A DNA stretch of 63,507 nt, the filler included, from Barthelona sp. PAP020 (lineage: Eukaryota): assembly GCA_040182905.1 (NCBI GenBank). It is 19 parts of 19 records of this genome, joined end to end, with 100 filler letters (N's around TTAATTAATTAA, not from the genome) between each part and the next. Parts side by side here need not be neighbours in the genome. Positions count along the whole stretch, not along the records: positions 20,848 to 24,114 come from JARQWU010000752.1; positions 24,215 to 27,476 come from JARQWU010000753.1; positions 27,577 to 30,832 come from JARQWU010000754.1; positions 30,933 to 34,178 come from JARQWU010000755.1; 15 more parts are not named here. The stretch is one strand, 5' to 3'. The notes beneath the pieces were generated by a model, which saw only the letters and a program-made list of their open reading frames with translations, was not told the DNA's origin and searched no databases. Every line of letters starts with the position of its first letter. The first letter of the stretch is position 1. Shown here piece after piece: positions 21,849 through 31,952 of this stretch. The translations under genes and the position numbers were made by a program.

Positions 21849-23627
21849 ATGACTGAGAGTAACGAACAAATAACAGTTAAAGAAAAAGAAAATAACTGTG
21901 CTGTTTCTTCAAAAAAACAACCCGATTTGCCTTCAATTTCATTAATTGTCGAAAAGAAGTTATCAAATCTTGAGGATATCCAAAAAAAATTGAACGATTC
22001 TCCTTTTTACTCCAAAAATATAGCTCCACTTCAGACTTCAAAGCAAATTTCAAGTCAAAACACCTATCACAATTCATCAAAAGGGTCTTCAAATATACTA
22101 TACACATTTGGTTTGCAACCACAACAGTCACAGCAACAACAATTTCAATCATTTCAAAATTTACGAAATTTTTCAAGTTCACCAACAGAAAAGACGTTAT
22201 TTGTGCCTTCAAATTTCTCAACTTCTCCTGTTCCTTCAGAATACATTTCTAGATCTGTTGAAAGTATTTCAAAAGAGCCTATTATTGATCCTTCGGTTTC
22301 TGAAAGGTATCGTTCTGCAATGAATCAATTGAAACGTGAAAGAAATCAACTTCGAAAGAAGGAGAAGATGAAAAAAATTAAAGAAGAAAAAAAAAAAGCT
22401 TTGTTAGCTGAAGTTGATAGAAAAGCGCGAGATTTTGCTTCTCAAAATTATTTAATTGAAAAGGTTCCAAAAAAAAAAGATAGCAAAGAGCCATCCCCAT
22501 CAAATGTTGAACAGAAAGAAAAAGATGCAGAGTTAATATCTCGACGTAGCCGAAGAATGCGTGATTTACAATCAGCCACTGTAAAAAAGATCCGCCAGCA
22601 AAAGCAAGAAGAGATTTTGTTGCGAGAAAAGAAAAAAAAAGAATTTGCCGAAAGATTGGCCAAAAAACAGCAAATGGCTGAAAAACAACGTTTAATTAGA
22701 CTACAATTCAAAGAAAATACCCATAGAAAGTCAAACTCAAAATCAAATTCTAAAAATCGTTTGGGTCATTTTTCAACACAGTGGGTGTCGTCTCCTAATT
22801 TAAGAAAAAGCATTTTTTATGAAGATAGTGAAGATGAATCAACAGGTTCAACCTTGACACCCAGTATTAAACCTGAAATAGCGGAACCTAAAAGTAGAAA
22901 TATGTTACCCTTTGTTTCTATTTCAAATTGTGAGACAATAGAGATATCAAAGGAATGCATAGATGCCATTTTTGATGAAAATGTTGGGGAAACAGACACA
23001 TCTTTGTGTGATATCGAAGGTTTATTTGCCATGAATGGTATATCAACCAAAGAAAAGAAAGCATTAAAGAGTATTATTGATAAAATGGAAGATGTTGAAT
23101 CTGATGAAGAGGTTTCGATGGAAATTCGTAACACTATTGGAAAGTCAACCACCATTAATCATGATACTGAAGAAGATTCAGACAGCTTGTTGACAGATTT
23201 GTTTGATAAAGATTTTGAGAAGAATGATTCAAGAACAAGCAGTTTTCAGGCACCACTTCTATTGGAATGTCAAAATGAAGAATGTTCAGTTTCACCTTGC
23301 TTGAGTCAATCTAACGATGAACATATTCAACATCAAATGTTAAGTAAAGGTACTTATGGAATAAAATGGACAACAAAGAGGAAACGACTGAAACGTTTCT
23401 ACAGATACACTTATCCTTATTTGACTTGGGGAAGAAACGAAAATTCCAAAGTTAAAAAATCAGTTGTTCTTTCTGTAAAAAGGGGTGCAGTCGAAGCTTC
23501 CAATGATTTGCAAGATTGTTGTATAACTCTGATTTTGACTGATGGTCGAAATTTGAGTATTGAATTTGAATCAGTTGAAATCGCTTCAATTTGGTTTGAA
23601 ACAGTTAAAAACAGTTTAAATACTTGA
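21849..23627 (+). CDS. Coiled-coil protein with C-terminal PH-like domain
   Basis: Charged coiled coil; C-terminal LSKGTYGIKW..LTWG..RNLSIEFES..W pattern. Confidence 0.7.
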   Translation: MTESNEQITVKEKENNCAVSSKKQPDLPSISLIVEKKLSNLEDIQKKLNDSPFYSKNIAPLQTSKQISSQNTYHNSSKGSSNILYTFGLQPQQSQQQQFQSFQNLRNFSSSPTEKTLFVPSNFSTSPVPSEYISRSVESISKEPIIDPSVSERYRSAMNQLKRERNQLRKKEKMKKIKEEKKKALLAEVDRKARDFASQNYLIEKVPKKKDSKEPSPSNVEQKEKDAELISRRSRRMRDLQSATVKKIRQQKQEEILLREKKKKEFAERLAKKQQMAEKQRLIRLQFKENTHRKSNSKSNSKNRLGHFSTQWVSSPNLRKSIFYEDSEDESTGSTLTPSIKPEIAEPKSRNMLPFVSISNCETIEISKECIDAIFDENVGETDTSLCDIEGLFAMNGISTKEKKALKSIIDKMEDVESDEEVSMEIRNTIGKSTTINHDTEEDSDSLLTDLFDKDFEKNDSRTSSFQAPLLLECQNEECSVSPCLSQSNDEHIQHQMLSKGTYGIKWTTKRKRLKRFYRYTYPYLTWGRNENSKVKKSVVLSVKRGAVEASNDLQDCCITLILTDGRNLSIEFESVEIASIWFETVKNSLNT

Positions 23628-24214
23628 AATTAAAGAGTTTATGTGGTTTTACATTTTTTTTTGTTGTTTTCTATGTAAGCTTTTTTTGTTTACGATCCCA
23701 TTTGAATGTTTGTTTGTTCTGAAGGTCAAGCCTACAAACAACATTATTAGACATTTCAATAAGCTCTGGAAGGATTTTTAAATGGAAAAATTGATTCGGT
23801 CTTAGTTGAAGAATAAATAATTTCTCTTTTTTCTTTTTTTTTTTTTTGAAAAGTTTTCAAAAGTTCTTGATGATGCAGAAGGGAAGGGGAGAAGGAGGTG
23901 GAGGAGAAGAAAAAAAAAAAAAACAAGTCTAATTTTATAAATTGTGATTGAAGACTAAAAATTGTCTAACTCTCTTGGTTGTGTTGAAAACAAAAGAAAA
24001 TATGGGTTTTGATTATGGATATGGAGAAAATTGAATGATTTTATCTATTCTGTGTCTTAAACGTTCAATGAAACCATCCATTTCGAAAGAATCAAGTCTG
24101 CTAATAACATTACTNNNNNNNNNNNNNNNNNNNNNNNNNNNNNNNNNNNNNNNNNNNNTTAATTAATTAANNNNNNNNNNNNNNNNNNNNNNNNNNNNNN
24201 NNNNNNNNNNNNNN

Positions 24215-24323
24215 GACCATTATCTTCAAATCCATCCACATCGAACCCATCTGGAACAATAACTCGATCCATGTTATACTTAACATAAGGGTGAGTTTCC
24301 TCAACTGCAGTGTTAACAACCAT
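24215..24323 (-). CDS. Ankyrin-family paralog, 5' fragment
   Basis: MVVNTAVEETHPYVKYNMDRVIVPDGFDVDGFEDNG nearly identical to N-terminus of 40921-42451. Confidence 0.8.
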
Positions 24324-25030
24324 TGTCGGCAAAAAAAAAAAGAAGGTCCAAATATGTCATTTCTCTTTGGATATCAAATATTTATCCCTCAAATCAGGCA
24401 TTATTTTATTTTAGTTGTTGGCAAAATGAAATTTGATTATTGATTCACTGGTTTGTGGAGGCCTCTTCACAATATTAATTAATTCTTTCTTGAGATTTCC
24501 TTTTTCGAATTGATGCAGCGAATTAAGCTTTTGATATTGATTTAAACTTCGTGAAAATGTCACACAATTATGAAAGTTTGTCATAATGATGTTTGTTCGA
24601 ATATTTTTAACAAAAGACATTATTCCAATTCATTTTTACAGATTTGTTGATGTATTGATGGTATTGACATATTTTTACTCACAAAATTCACAAATTGAAT
24701 TTGCAAGAGTACTATATGTATTCACCAAATTTTCTCTTTGTCTTCCATTGAAGAAACCTTTTTCACTTCTTCAATGAGCCTCTTATGTTGTTAGTGTGAT
24801 AACCTTCGATTTATTTAAATAAATGCAACATCATTTATAATTGTTTTTTTGTTCTTGTTGGGTTCGACTCCAACAATCGGTATCGTAACATTAGGAAAAG
24901 ATAAAAGTGGCATGAAACTTTGGTCTATTAGTGACACAAACTAATACAGAGAAAGAAAATCAAAAAGCCATTTTGGGAAATTTCGGTCAAAACTCAGGGT
25001 GTGAGATCCAGACTGAAATTTTGCTGTATG
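24324..25030 (+). repeat. Duplicated upstream block of ankyrin genes (paralog of ~42452-43160)
   Basis: Colinear high similarity, e.g. TTATGAAAGTTTGTCATAATGATGTTTGTTCGAATATTTT and GTGTGAGATCCAGACTGAAA. Confidence 0.85.
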
Positions 25031-25133
25031 AATCCAAATTATGTCGTTGGGAAAGAATCCCTGTCTTCTTTTTTGTTGATTTGCCAAATATATTATCATA
25101 TAGTTCTAATTTTAACTTTTGGAGAATCGAATG

Positions 25134-25230
25134 TTTCAACAAATCAATCGGCCCTCGAAAGCCTTTAACCAAATAAATACTATTCTTTTTTATTCACTCA
25201 TACACACAGTGCTTCTTGGCTTGGAAATAA
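25134..25230 (+). repeat. R1 right end
   Basis: ...GCCTTTAACCAAATAAA...GCTTCTTGGCTTGGAAATAA. Confidence 0.85.
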
Positions 25231-25400
25231 ATATCATTATTATTGAACTCTCATCTTCAAAAAGGCTTTTTGAATCAATTTTTGTAAATGTATGATTAAA
25301 AAAAACAAAGCCCATCGCTTTTATTTGACATTTAAAAACAAGCAAACAATTTTTTTTTTTTTTTTTTGAATTGATATTTTTATTATAATCGACGAATTAA

Positions 25401-26270
25401 ATGTCTTCAGATGTGAAAAAATTGTTAGAAGATGATTCATTTCAAAAAAAGATCAAAGAATTAAAAGATTTAAAAAAACTTTTCATTGAACAATATGAAA
25501 GAATTGAAAATAATGATGAAGAGTTAAATAACCAACTTGTGATTAAACAAGATATTTTTGATGATAATTCACTGATTGACATTTATAAAAGAATAAAAAA
25601 GGTTCAAACAAGTATAAAGGAACAAATTGAAAACAGTACAAATATTACCATTGATAGATATCTAAATGTTTCTGAAAATTTATTGAGAATTATTTTGGAA
25701 GAATTGCAACAAGTGAAGGAACAGTTTGATCTCGACAAATTTAGGGGAACTTATGTCAAAACATTTGAAATTTTTGAGAATAAAGTTGTAAATGATATTG
25801 TGCAACAAATAGAAACCATTTTTTTAAAATATCAAACACAAAATAATTCAAATTTCCTTCAAAATCCTGCTATGTACCATCCTACAATCCTGGAACCTTC
25901 TAAAACAGTTCCAAATGACATTGTTGATCATACATTAACAAGGAACTTAAAAGAGCATTTTAGAGATAGTCTTGACAGTTTTAGTGTTGCTTTACAGATG
26001 TATCAAGAAGATGCACTGCGAAAAAATAACGATTGGATGTTGTCAGTTTTGAATAAATTACAAAAGTCAATTATGCGTGCTATAAACAAAAATGAAGAAA
26101 TTCACAAACTCAGAAAAGAAGTTACTGAATTAAAGAATGAATTGAATGATCTAAAAACTCAACAAAAGTATTTATTAAAAAAGCAGGCAGATTTTCACAA
26201 AGAACTGCTATACGTTTTGAATGAAAAAGACTTTTGCATGAAAAGACCACCAAACGACCATGATCAATAA
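25401..26270 (+). CDS. Hypothetical coiled-coil protein
   Basis: 289-aa ORF, heptad-rich. Confidence 0.65.
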   Translation: MSSDVKKLLEDDSFQKKIKELKDLKKLFIEQYERIENNDEELNNQLVIKQDIFDDNSLIDIYKRIKKVQTSIKEQIENSTNITIDRYLNVSENLLRIILEELQQVKEQFDLDKFRGTYVKTFEIFENKVVNDIVQQIETIFLKYQTQNNSNFLQNPAMYHPTILEPSKTVPNDIVDHTLTRNLKEHFRDSLDSFSVALQMYQEDALRKNNDWMLSVLNKLQKSIMRAINKNEEIHKLRKEVTELKNELNDLKTQQKYLLKKQADFHKELLYVLNEKDFCMKRPPNDHDQ

Positions 26271-26369
26271 AATTGTACATCATTAGTTTATTTTATTTTT
26301 TTTTTAATAGTGAAAGACAAAGTTTTATTGAACATTATTTTTTTAATCTGATCAACAAAACAAAAAATT

Positions 26370-27317
26370 ATGGATGTGAAACAAGAGATTAATAGTTTGA
26401 ATGTGAATTTTGAATTATCAAAAAGTTTTTTGACATTTAATGGTGATTCCATAAATTCAATCAATTATTCTCCAGATGGAAAATATGTTGGTGTTGCTTC
26501 AAGTGATACATTGGCAAGTGTGATTATATGTGATACATATGAACCTTATCATTTTATAAACAATAAGGATATCGTTTATGATATTGTTTTTTCCCCAGAC
26601 AGTGTATTATTTGCAATTTGTTCTGGAAAATTTTTGAAAATTTTTTACTCGAAAACTGGAATTTGCTTGTACACCTTTGAAAACAATTCTGAAATTTATT
26701 CAATTTCTTTTATGGATAATAATTGCATAATTTCCGCAGATGATACAGGTTTTGTGACAAAATGGGATGTTGTATTGAGAAGAAAAGTCAGCTCAATGCA
26801 AATCAGTTCCGATATGGTTTGGTGCATCAGCAACATTTCCAAAGATAATTTTTTTTTCGCTGAAGGAAATGGTGAGTTGCAGAAAATTTCTTCGAACACA
26901 TTAAACCAAGTCTGCAATCGCCCTGTTGAAGACTCCATTTTATCTTTGGCCTTAAATAATGAATCTTCATGTTTGGCCGTTGGATTTGAAGAGTCTGGAC
27001 TAAGTGTATATTCTTGTGATAACCTTGAACTTCTTTTTAACGTTGTTGCATTTGCACAATTATGGAAATTGCAGTATTGTGTCAATGACCAATTTATTCT
27101 TGGTGTATCAGGTCAAAATGGTATATTGGGATTATGGTCCAGTTCAAACGGAAATTTTATCAAGATAATCGATTCAAGCCTAACATTGATGAATTCCAGT
27201 TTTTCTATTTGCTCAAATACATCAGAACTGTTGGTTGGTAATTGTGTGCAAGAGAACGATGACAAAACAAAACGCAAGAAATCAGAACTTTTGAAAGTGT
27301 TCAAGATTGTTGAATAA
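26370..27317 (+). CDS. WD40-repeat protein
   Basis: INYSPDGKY, VFSPDS, VTKWD, LGLWS repeats. Confidence 0.8.
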   Translation: MDVKQEINSLNVNFELSKSFLTFNGDSINSINYSPDGKYVGVASSDTLASVIICDTYEPYHFINNKDIVYDIVFSPDSVLFAICSGKFLKIFYSKTGICLYTFENNSEIYSISFMDNNCIISADDTGFVTKWDVVLRRKVSSMQISSDMVWCISNISKDNFFFAEGNGELQKISSNTLNQVCNRPVEDSILSLALNNESSCLAVGFEESGLSVYSCDNLELLFNVVAFAQLWKLQYCVNDQFILGVSGQNGILGLWSSSNGNFIKIIDSSLTLMNSSFSICSNTSELLVGNCVQENDDKTKRKKSELLKVFKIVE

Positions 27318-27576
27318 TTGTTTTTTCCATAACAATATTCATTTTTTCTTTCCATAAAAACCCTTAGAGCGTTAGTTTTAACATTGTTTTCTTTGTAAAT
27401 AATCTTTTTTTTTTGTTTTTTTTTTTTCAGGCAAATTAATTTAATTTCTTTTTTTACAATTAAAAAAAAAAAAAAANNNNNNNNNNNNNNNNNNNNNNNN
27501 NNNNNNNNNNNNNNNNNNNNTTAATTAATTAANNNNNNNNNNNNNNNNNNNNNNNNNNNNNNNNNNNNNNNNNNNN

Positions 27577-27864
27577 TGATACTTCAAAATTAAAATTTAT
27601 ATCTACACTTTTAACTTGAAGTGAAGGAACATGAACCAAAGCTAACTTAGGTACATTTAAAATGACTTGTTTTTTCGAAACAGGGTTCATAACCTTAAAT
27701 TCAATGTTAGGATCCTTCTGAATGCATTCTAAAAAGTCTTTCGTCACTTGAGCTAATGATTTTTGAGCATCACATGCAGCTACTAAAGGCGCGCCAATTA
27801 GCTCCCTTCTAACATATTAGTAAACATGAAACACATATTTTTAATACATTGGAACTTCATTCAT
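27577..27864 (-). CDS. DUF2589-family protein, 3'-truncated, with 39-nt intron (27809-27847)
   Basis: Spliced product MNEVPIRELIGAPLVAACDAQKSLAQVTKDFL...VPKLALVHVPSLQVKSVDINFNFEV; intron GTATT...TACTAATATGTTAG. Confidence 0.8.
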
Positions 27865-28021
27865 TAAGAAAGGTCAAAAAAAAAAAGTTGTTTTGTTGCA
27901 AAAACCAAATATAAAACCGATAGAAATATGTTCCATTATTTACATAAATAAAAACAAATATAATTTCAAAATGAAAAAAGACTCAAAAACTAATTACAAA
28001 AGCCTTTTTTGTTTTATTAAA

Positions 28022-29005
28022 ATGAGTTCTATTATTGATGTTGTTATTTTATGTGCATTACCTGCATCTGGAAAGTCTGAAGTTCGTCGTTTTTTGAGCG
28101 AAATTCCACCTGAAGAATATCGTACAAGATTTCACATGGGTGAAACAGTTCAATTAGATGATTATCCATATGTTCATCTTTTCAGAGTTATTGATGATTG
28201 TTTGGAAAAATTGAATCAACCCAGAATTTTCTTTGAAACGGCTGACCGTTGTTTCATTGATGGTCGTTTTTGGTTGGTTTTGATTGAATTATTAAATGAA
28301 GATTATCTTGATGTTGTTCGTTGCAAAAAATTACAGCGTCCTGAAGATTTGACTCATTGGTTATTTGTAAAAATTGATGCTGCGATGCAAAGAGTTGGTC
28401 TACCTTCTAAATTAACCGTTTTACCCCCTAAGATTAGAGAACAATTGAAAGATATGTTAGATGAAGAGATTTCAAAGTATTTTGAAGAAAAGAACAATGA
28501 AATTCCTGCAACAATGCAAGACAAAACAATAGTCATTGAATTTGCCAGAGGAGGTCCCGAAAACTCTTCTTTCCCTATTGGAAATGGACAAGGATATCAA
28601 GCCACCTTCCAACAATTCTTACCCGAAATTATCAAAAAGGCAGCAGCTTTGTATATTTGGGTTACCCCTGAAGAATCTAAACAAAAAAATAGAGATAGAG
28701 CAGACCCCAATAACCCTGGTTCCATTCTCAATCATGGCGTTCCCGAATATGTTATGGAGAACGATTATGGTTGTGATGATATTGGTCATCTCAGATCCAT
28801 TTCTGAGGTTGAAAATTGTGTACCTGTTACCATTGGTAAGGAAACTATCAGTTTACCCATTGGTATTTTTGATAATCGTGGGGATTTCACCACTTTTTTG
28901 AGATCACCCACCGAAACTTGGACGGATGAACAAATCTATGAAGTAAAATCAAGAATTGAAAGTGCTTTTGATTCTATTGTTCAAGCATATTGTAAACTTC
29001 ATTGA
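28022..29005 (+). CDS. Uncharacterised P-loop (nucleotide kinase-like) protein, bacterial-like
   Basis: ILCALPASGKSE Walker A variant, LDDYPY, IVIEFARGG; likely start MSSIIDVV. Confidence 0.7.
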   Translation: MSSIIDVVILCALPASGKSEVRRFLSEIPPEEYRTRFHMGETVQLDDYPYVHLFRVIDDCLEKLNQPRIFFETADRCFIDGRFWLVLIELLNEDYLDVVRCKKLQRPEDLTHWLFVKIDAAMQRVGLPSKLTVLPPKIREQLKDMLDEEISKYFEEKNNEIPATMQDKTIVIEFARGGPENSSFPIGNGQGYQATFQQFLPEIIKKAAALYIWVTPEESKQKNRDRADPNNPGSILNHGVPEYVMENDYGCDDIGHLRSISEVENCVPVTIGKETISLPIGIFDNRGDFTTFLRSPTETWTDEQIYEVKSRIESAFDSIVQAYCKLH

Positions 29006-29118
29006 AGTTTTTTAAAAAGCTCAACCACATCGTTTACAAAACATGAAATCAATAAAAACGTAAATTTAATATCATTTATCATTCAATTTTAAATAGGGGG
29101 AAAAGGAATATCTTAAAA

Positions 29119-29322
29119 TTATTCAGTCTCTTCTTCTGTTTTCTTACATTTCTTACAAAGACAGAGAATAGGGCATTTACCAGTAGCACATTTATAAGTG
29201 ACAGTGGAAGAAACAACTGCCGAAGCAACACCAACAGCAACAAAAGGTAAAATCTATTTTTTGTTAGTTCGAAAAAAAATAATGAAGGTTTCAACTTTTT
29301 TCAATTTGGGAGAAATTTTCAT
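29119..29322 (-). CDS. Predicted 53-aa single-TM Cys-rich microprotein with 42-nt intron (29254-29295)
   Basis: Exon1 MKISPKLKK; intron GTTGAA...ACTAACAAAAAATAG; exon2 ILPFVAVGVASAVVSSTVTYKCATGKCPILCLCKKCKKTEEETE*. Confidence 0.65.
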
Positions 29323-29521
29323 GGGAGAAATAAAAAAAAATAATATGAGATGAAACATCATCAAATTGAATATTCTTGAAAATCTATTATTTAATTGATA
29401 AACTATTGTTTGTTTTAAAGTGTGTAATTATTAACAAGAAGTTGAATTTGTCCAAAAAATGAGAATTTCTTATCGAAACATTTATTCAATTTGCTTCCGA
29501 ATATTTGAGAATTAAAAGGTT

Positions 29522-30832
29522 ATGACATCTTCCAGAACGCAATGGAAGTTACAAAAAAGGATTTTCGATTCACGAGACCTTGTGTCTAATGTGTTTAAAA
29601 AATTTGATTCAAATGAAGATGGCACTGTGAGTGAAAATGATTTAGTACTTGGATTTCAAACTTTAGGATTACCAATTAATAATTCAAATAATTTACGAGA
29701 ATTAATGAATTCATGTCGCTCAAAGAATGACAATCGAATCAATTATTCAAATTTTTTAAATAATTTAGAACCAAAGGCGACTATTCCTTTGCGAAGTGTT
29801 GAAAATCAATATGTCAAACATCCAAAAATTGAAAGATTAATAAACTCAGTTTCATCTTCACCTAATAGAAATAAGGAGAAAATTAATATTATTGAAACAC
29901 CATATATTAGTCCCCCAAAGCCTGTTATATCTGAAGAGCAAGTTTTAACTGATGTTTTTTCTCAAACTCAAACTTCTGAAGTCACTTCTGAAATTTACAA
30001 AAAAATTCAATTGAAGCCTGCAGAAGAAGAATATTTTCTGAGAGAATTTTCTGATGTGAACAAATTAAACAAACGTTTGAAAGAATTTATCAAACCTTTT
30101 GATGACACTTTAATTGAACATACCAATAAATCTGTACATTACCAACCATCTGAAATATTAACTCCTATTATTGATAGAACGGAAGAAATAATAATTTTTG
30201 AAGAGATTGATGATGCCAAACAAAGATTTCAAAATCATTATGAAGCAAATGTGAATAAATATCAACATAAGTCAAGTACATTACAAAAAGAGAATTTAAT
30301 TGAAGGATTAAAGAATTCTGGGGTATATTTTTCTGAAGGTCAACAAAGATATATTCTTGATAGGTTTGAAACTTTACAAAAGTTCACTGAACATGATAGC
30401 ATTGATTCAAAGGAATTTATTGAGTTTTTAAAGTTTGGTACGATACCAAATGACAAATCTGAAAAGAAACAAAAAATTGAAAGTGTGAAAAATAAGTTCA
30501 CGAAAGATACTCATCATGTTGATTCAGATCTAGTGTTGGATTCAGCATTAAGTGAGAAGATTACCAAACAATTGGATATGAGAATATTTTCAAAAGTCTT
30601 TAGAAGTATGGATACTGAAAAATTAGGAGCTTTAGATAGAAAACAATTTCGAAAAGGATTGGAGAATGTAGGTGTTTATCTATCAAATGATGAATTTTCT
30701 AGAGTGTTAAATTATGTTGATCCTAATAAGACTGATACAATCGTTTTTGATGCAATAGCACAATTTGCATCTGATACTGGATCAAAACTTGATCCTTTAA
30801 AATCTCCTTCTCATTACAGAACCATAGGAGAT
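29522..30832 (+). CDS. EF-hand protein, 3'-truncated
   Basis: FKKFDSNEDGTVSENDL, FRSMDTEKLGALDRKQF, VDPNKTDTIVF. Confidence 0.8.
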
Positions 30833-30932
30833 NNNNNNNNNNNNNNNNNNNNNNNNNNNNNNNNNNNNNNNNNNNNTTAATTAATTAANNNNNNNNNNNN
30901 NNNNNNNNNNNNNNNNNNNNNNNNNNNNNNNN

Positions 30933-31270
30933 TTTTCAACAGATCAATCGGGCCTCGAAAGCCTTTAACCAAATAAACACTATTCTTTCTTATTCACTCA
31001 TACGCACAGTGCTTCTTGGCTTGGAAATAATTACTGATTGGCATGCACAACACTCATTTCAGTTTGAAACGATTCCATTTTCAATTTGGGTCCAATAGTG
31101 AAACCACCATATCTATTTGCAAAGAAAATGAACTTAGAAAACTCATTCTAGTAGATTTCAGTCAAAAACCCAAGGGAAATTGAAAGAATAAAATGAAAAT
31201 TTAACGAGCAAGTATTAGAAATTCCAGGAAATTCTTTATTCCTATTCTTTGCTTCTTGACTTGGAAACAA
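30933..31270 (+). repeat. R1 right end (30933-31030) and internally deleted R1 copy (~31086-31270)
   Basis: Matches R1 ends; second copy joins the left part directly to GCTTCTTGACTTGGAAAC. Confidence 0.75.
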
Positions 31271-31398
31271 ATAATTCTACATCAATAGTTAACCCGAAAA
31301 TAATATCTACCGAAAAGTGCTCAACCCTAAACACATTTATCACAAAAAAATTGGGCTATAAAAAATTTTCCATTATAAACAAGAAAATAAAATGAAGA

Positions 31399-31769
31399 TT
31401 GTTTACAAGTCTATTATTTTTGGCGAATCGAAATTTTCAGATTCTTCCTTTTTCCCTCAAGGTACGGAACTTTTCCTTTATCTACCCACAACTTTTTGAC
31501 CTGCCACGGTGAATGCCTGAAAACTTGCACAATTAGGAAATATTTTAAATATCGGAGCTTTAAGCTCTTTTGAGCAATTACTAATGCAGTATTTCACACC
31601 CCTCCTAGGCTTAGCTCTCCTACGAAAGCCTATGAAAGAGTAGGTCTCAAAAAACAGAGGTTCCTTTGAGGAATGCACCCCCCGAAAAGAATAAAGATTA
31701 AGATTTATTAATTATTAGTCAACTGAGATTCTCAGTCTCTGATTTGAAAGTTCTGGAAAAGGTTCGTAC
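31399..31769. repeat. Repeat R3, GC-richer structured element (left end also at 57014-57097)
   Basis: 31399-31480 matches 57014-57097; closing stem 31462-31476/31755-31769 and internal hairpins. Confidence 0.65.
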
Positions 31770-31952
31770 AAGAAGAAAAATAAAATAAACTTACACGGAA
31801 AAAAAAAAAAAAAAAATAAATAATTTTATATCGAAGAAAACTAAAGAAAATTTACTCAAAACAATAACTCCAAATGCTCAATTATCACAAATATAATTCT
31901 ATTACATGATTAAACACCAATTCAAATCGAATTTATGATAGAACTTTACATA

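Noticed and set aside
31323..31332. AACCCTAAAC as a telomerase RNA template near the R3 pseudoknot
   Set aside because: Ten-base match is plausible by chance, lies outside the closing stem, and R3 is multicopy
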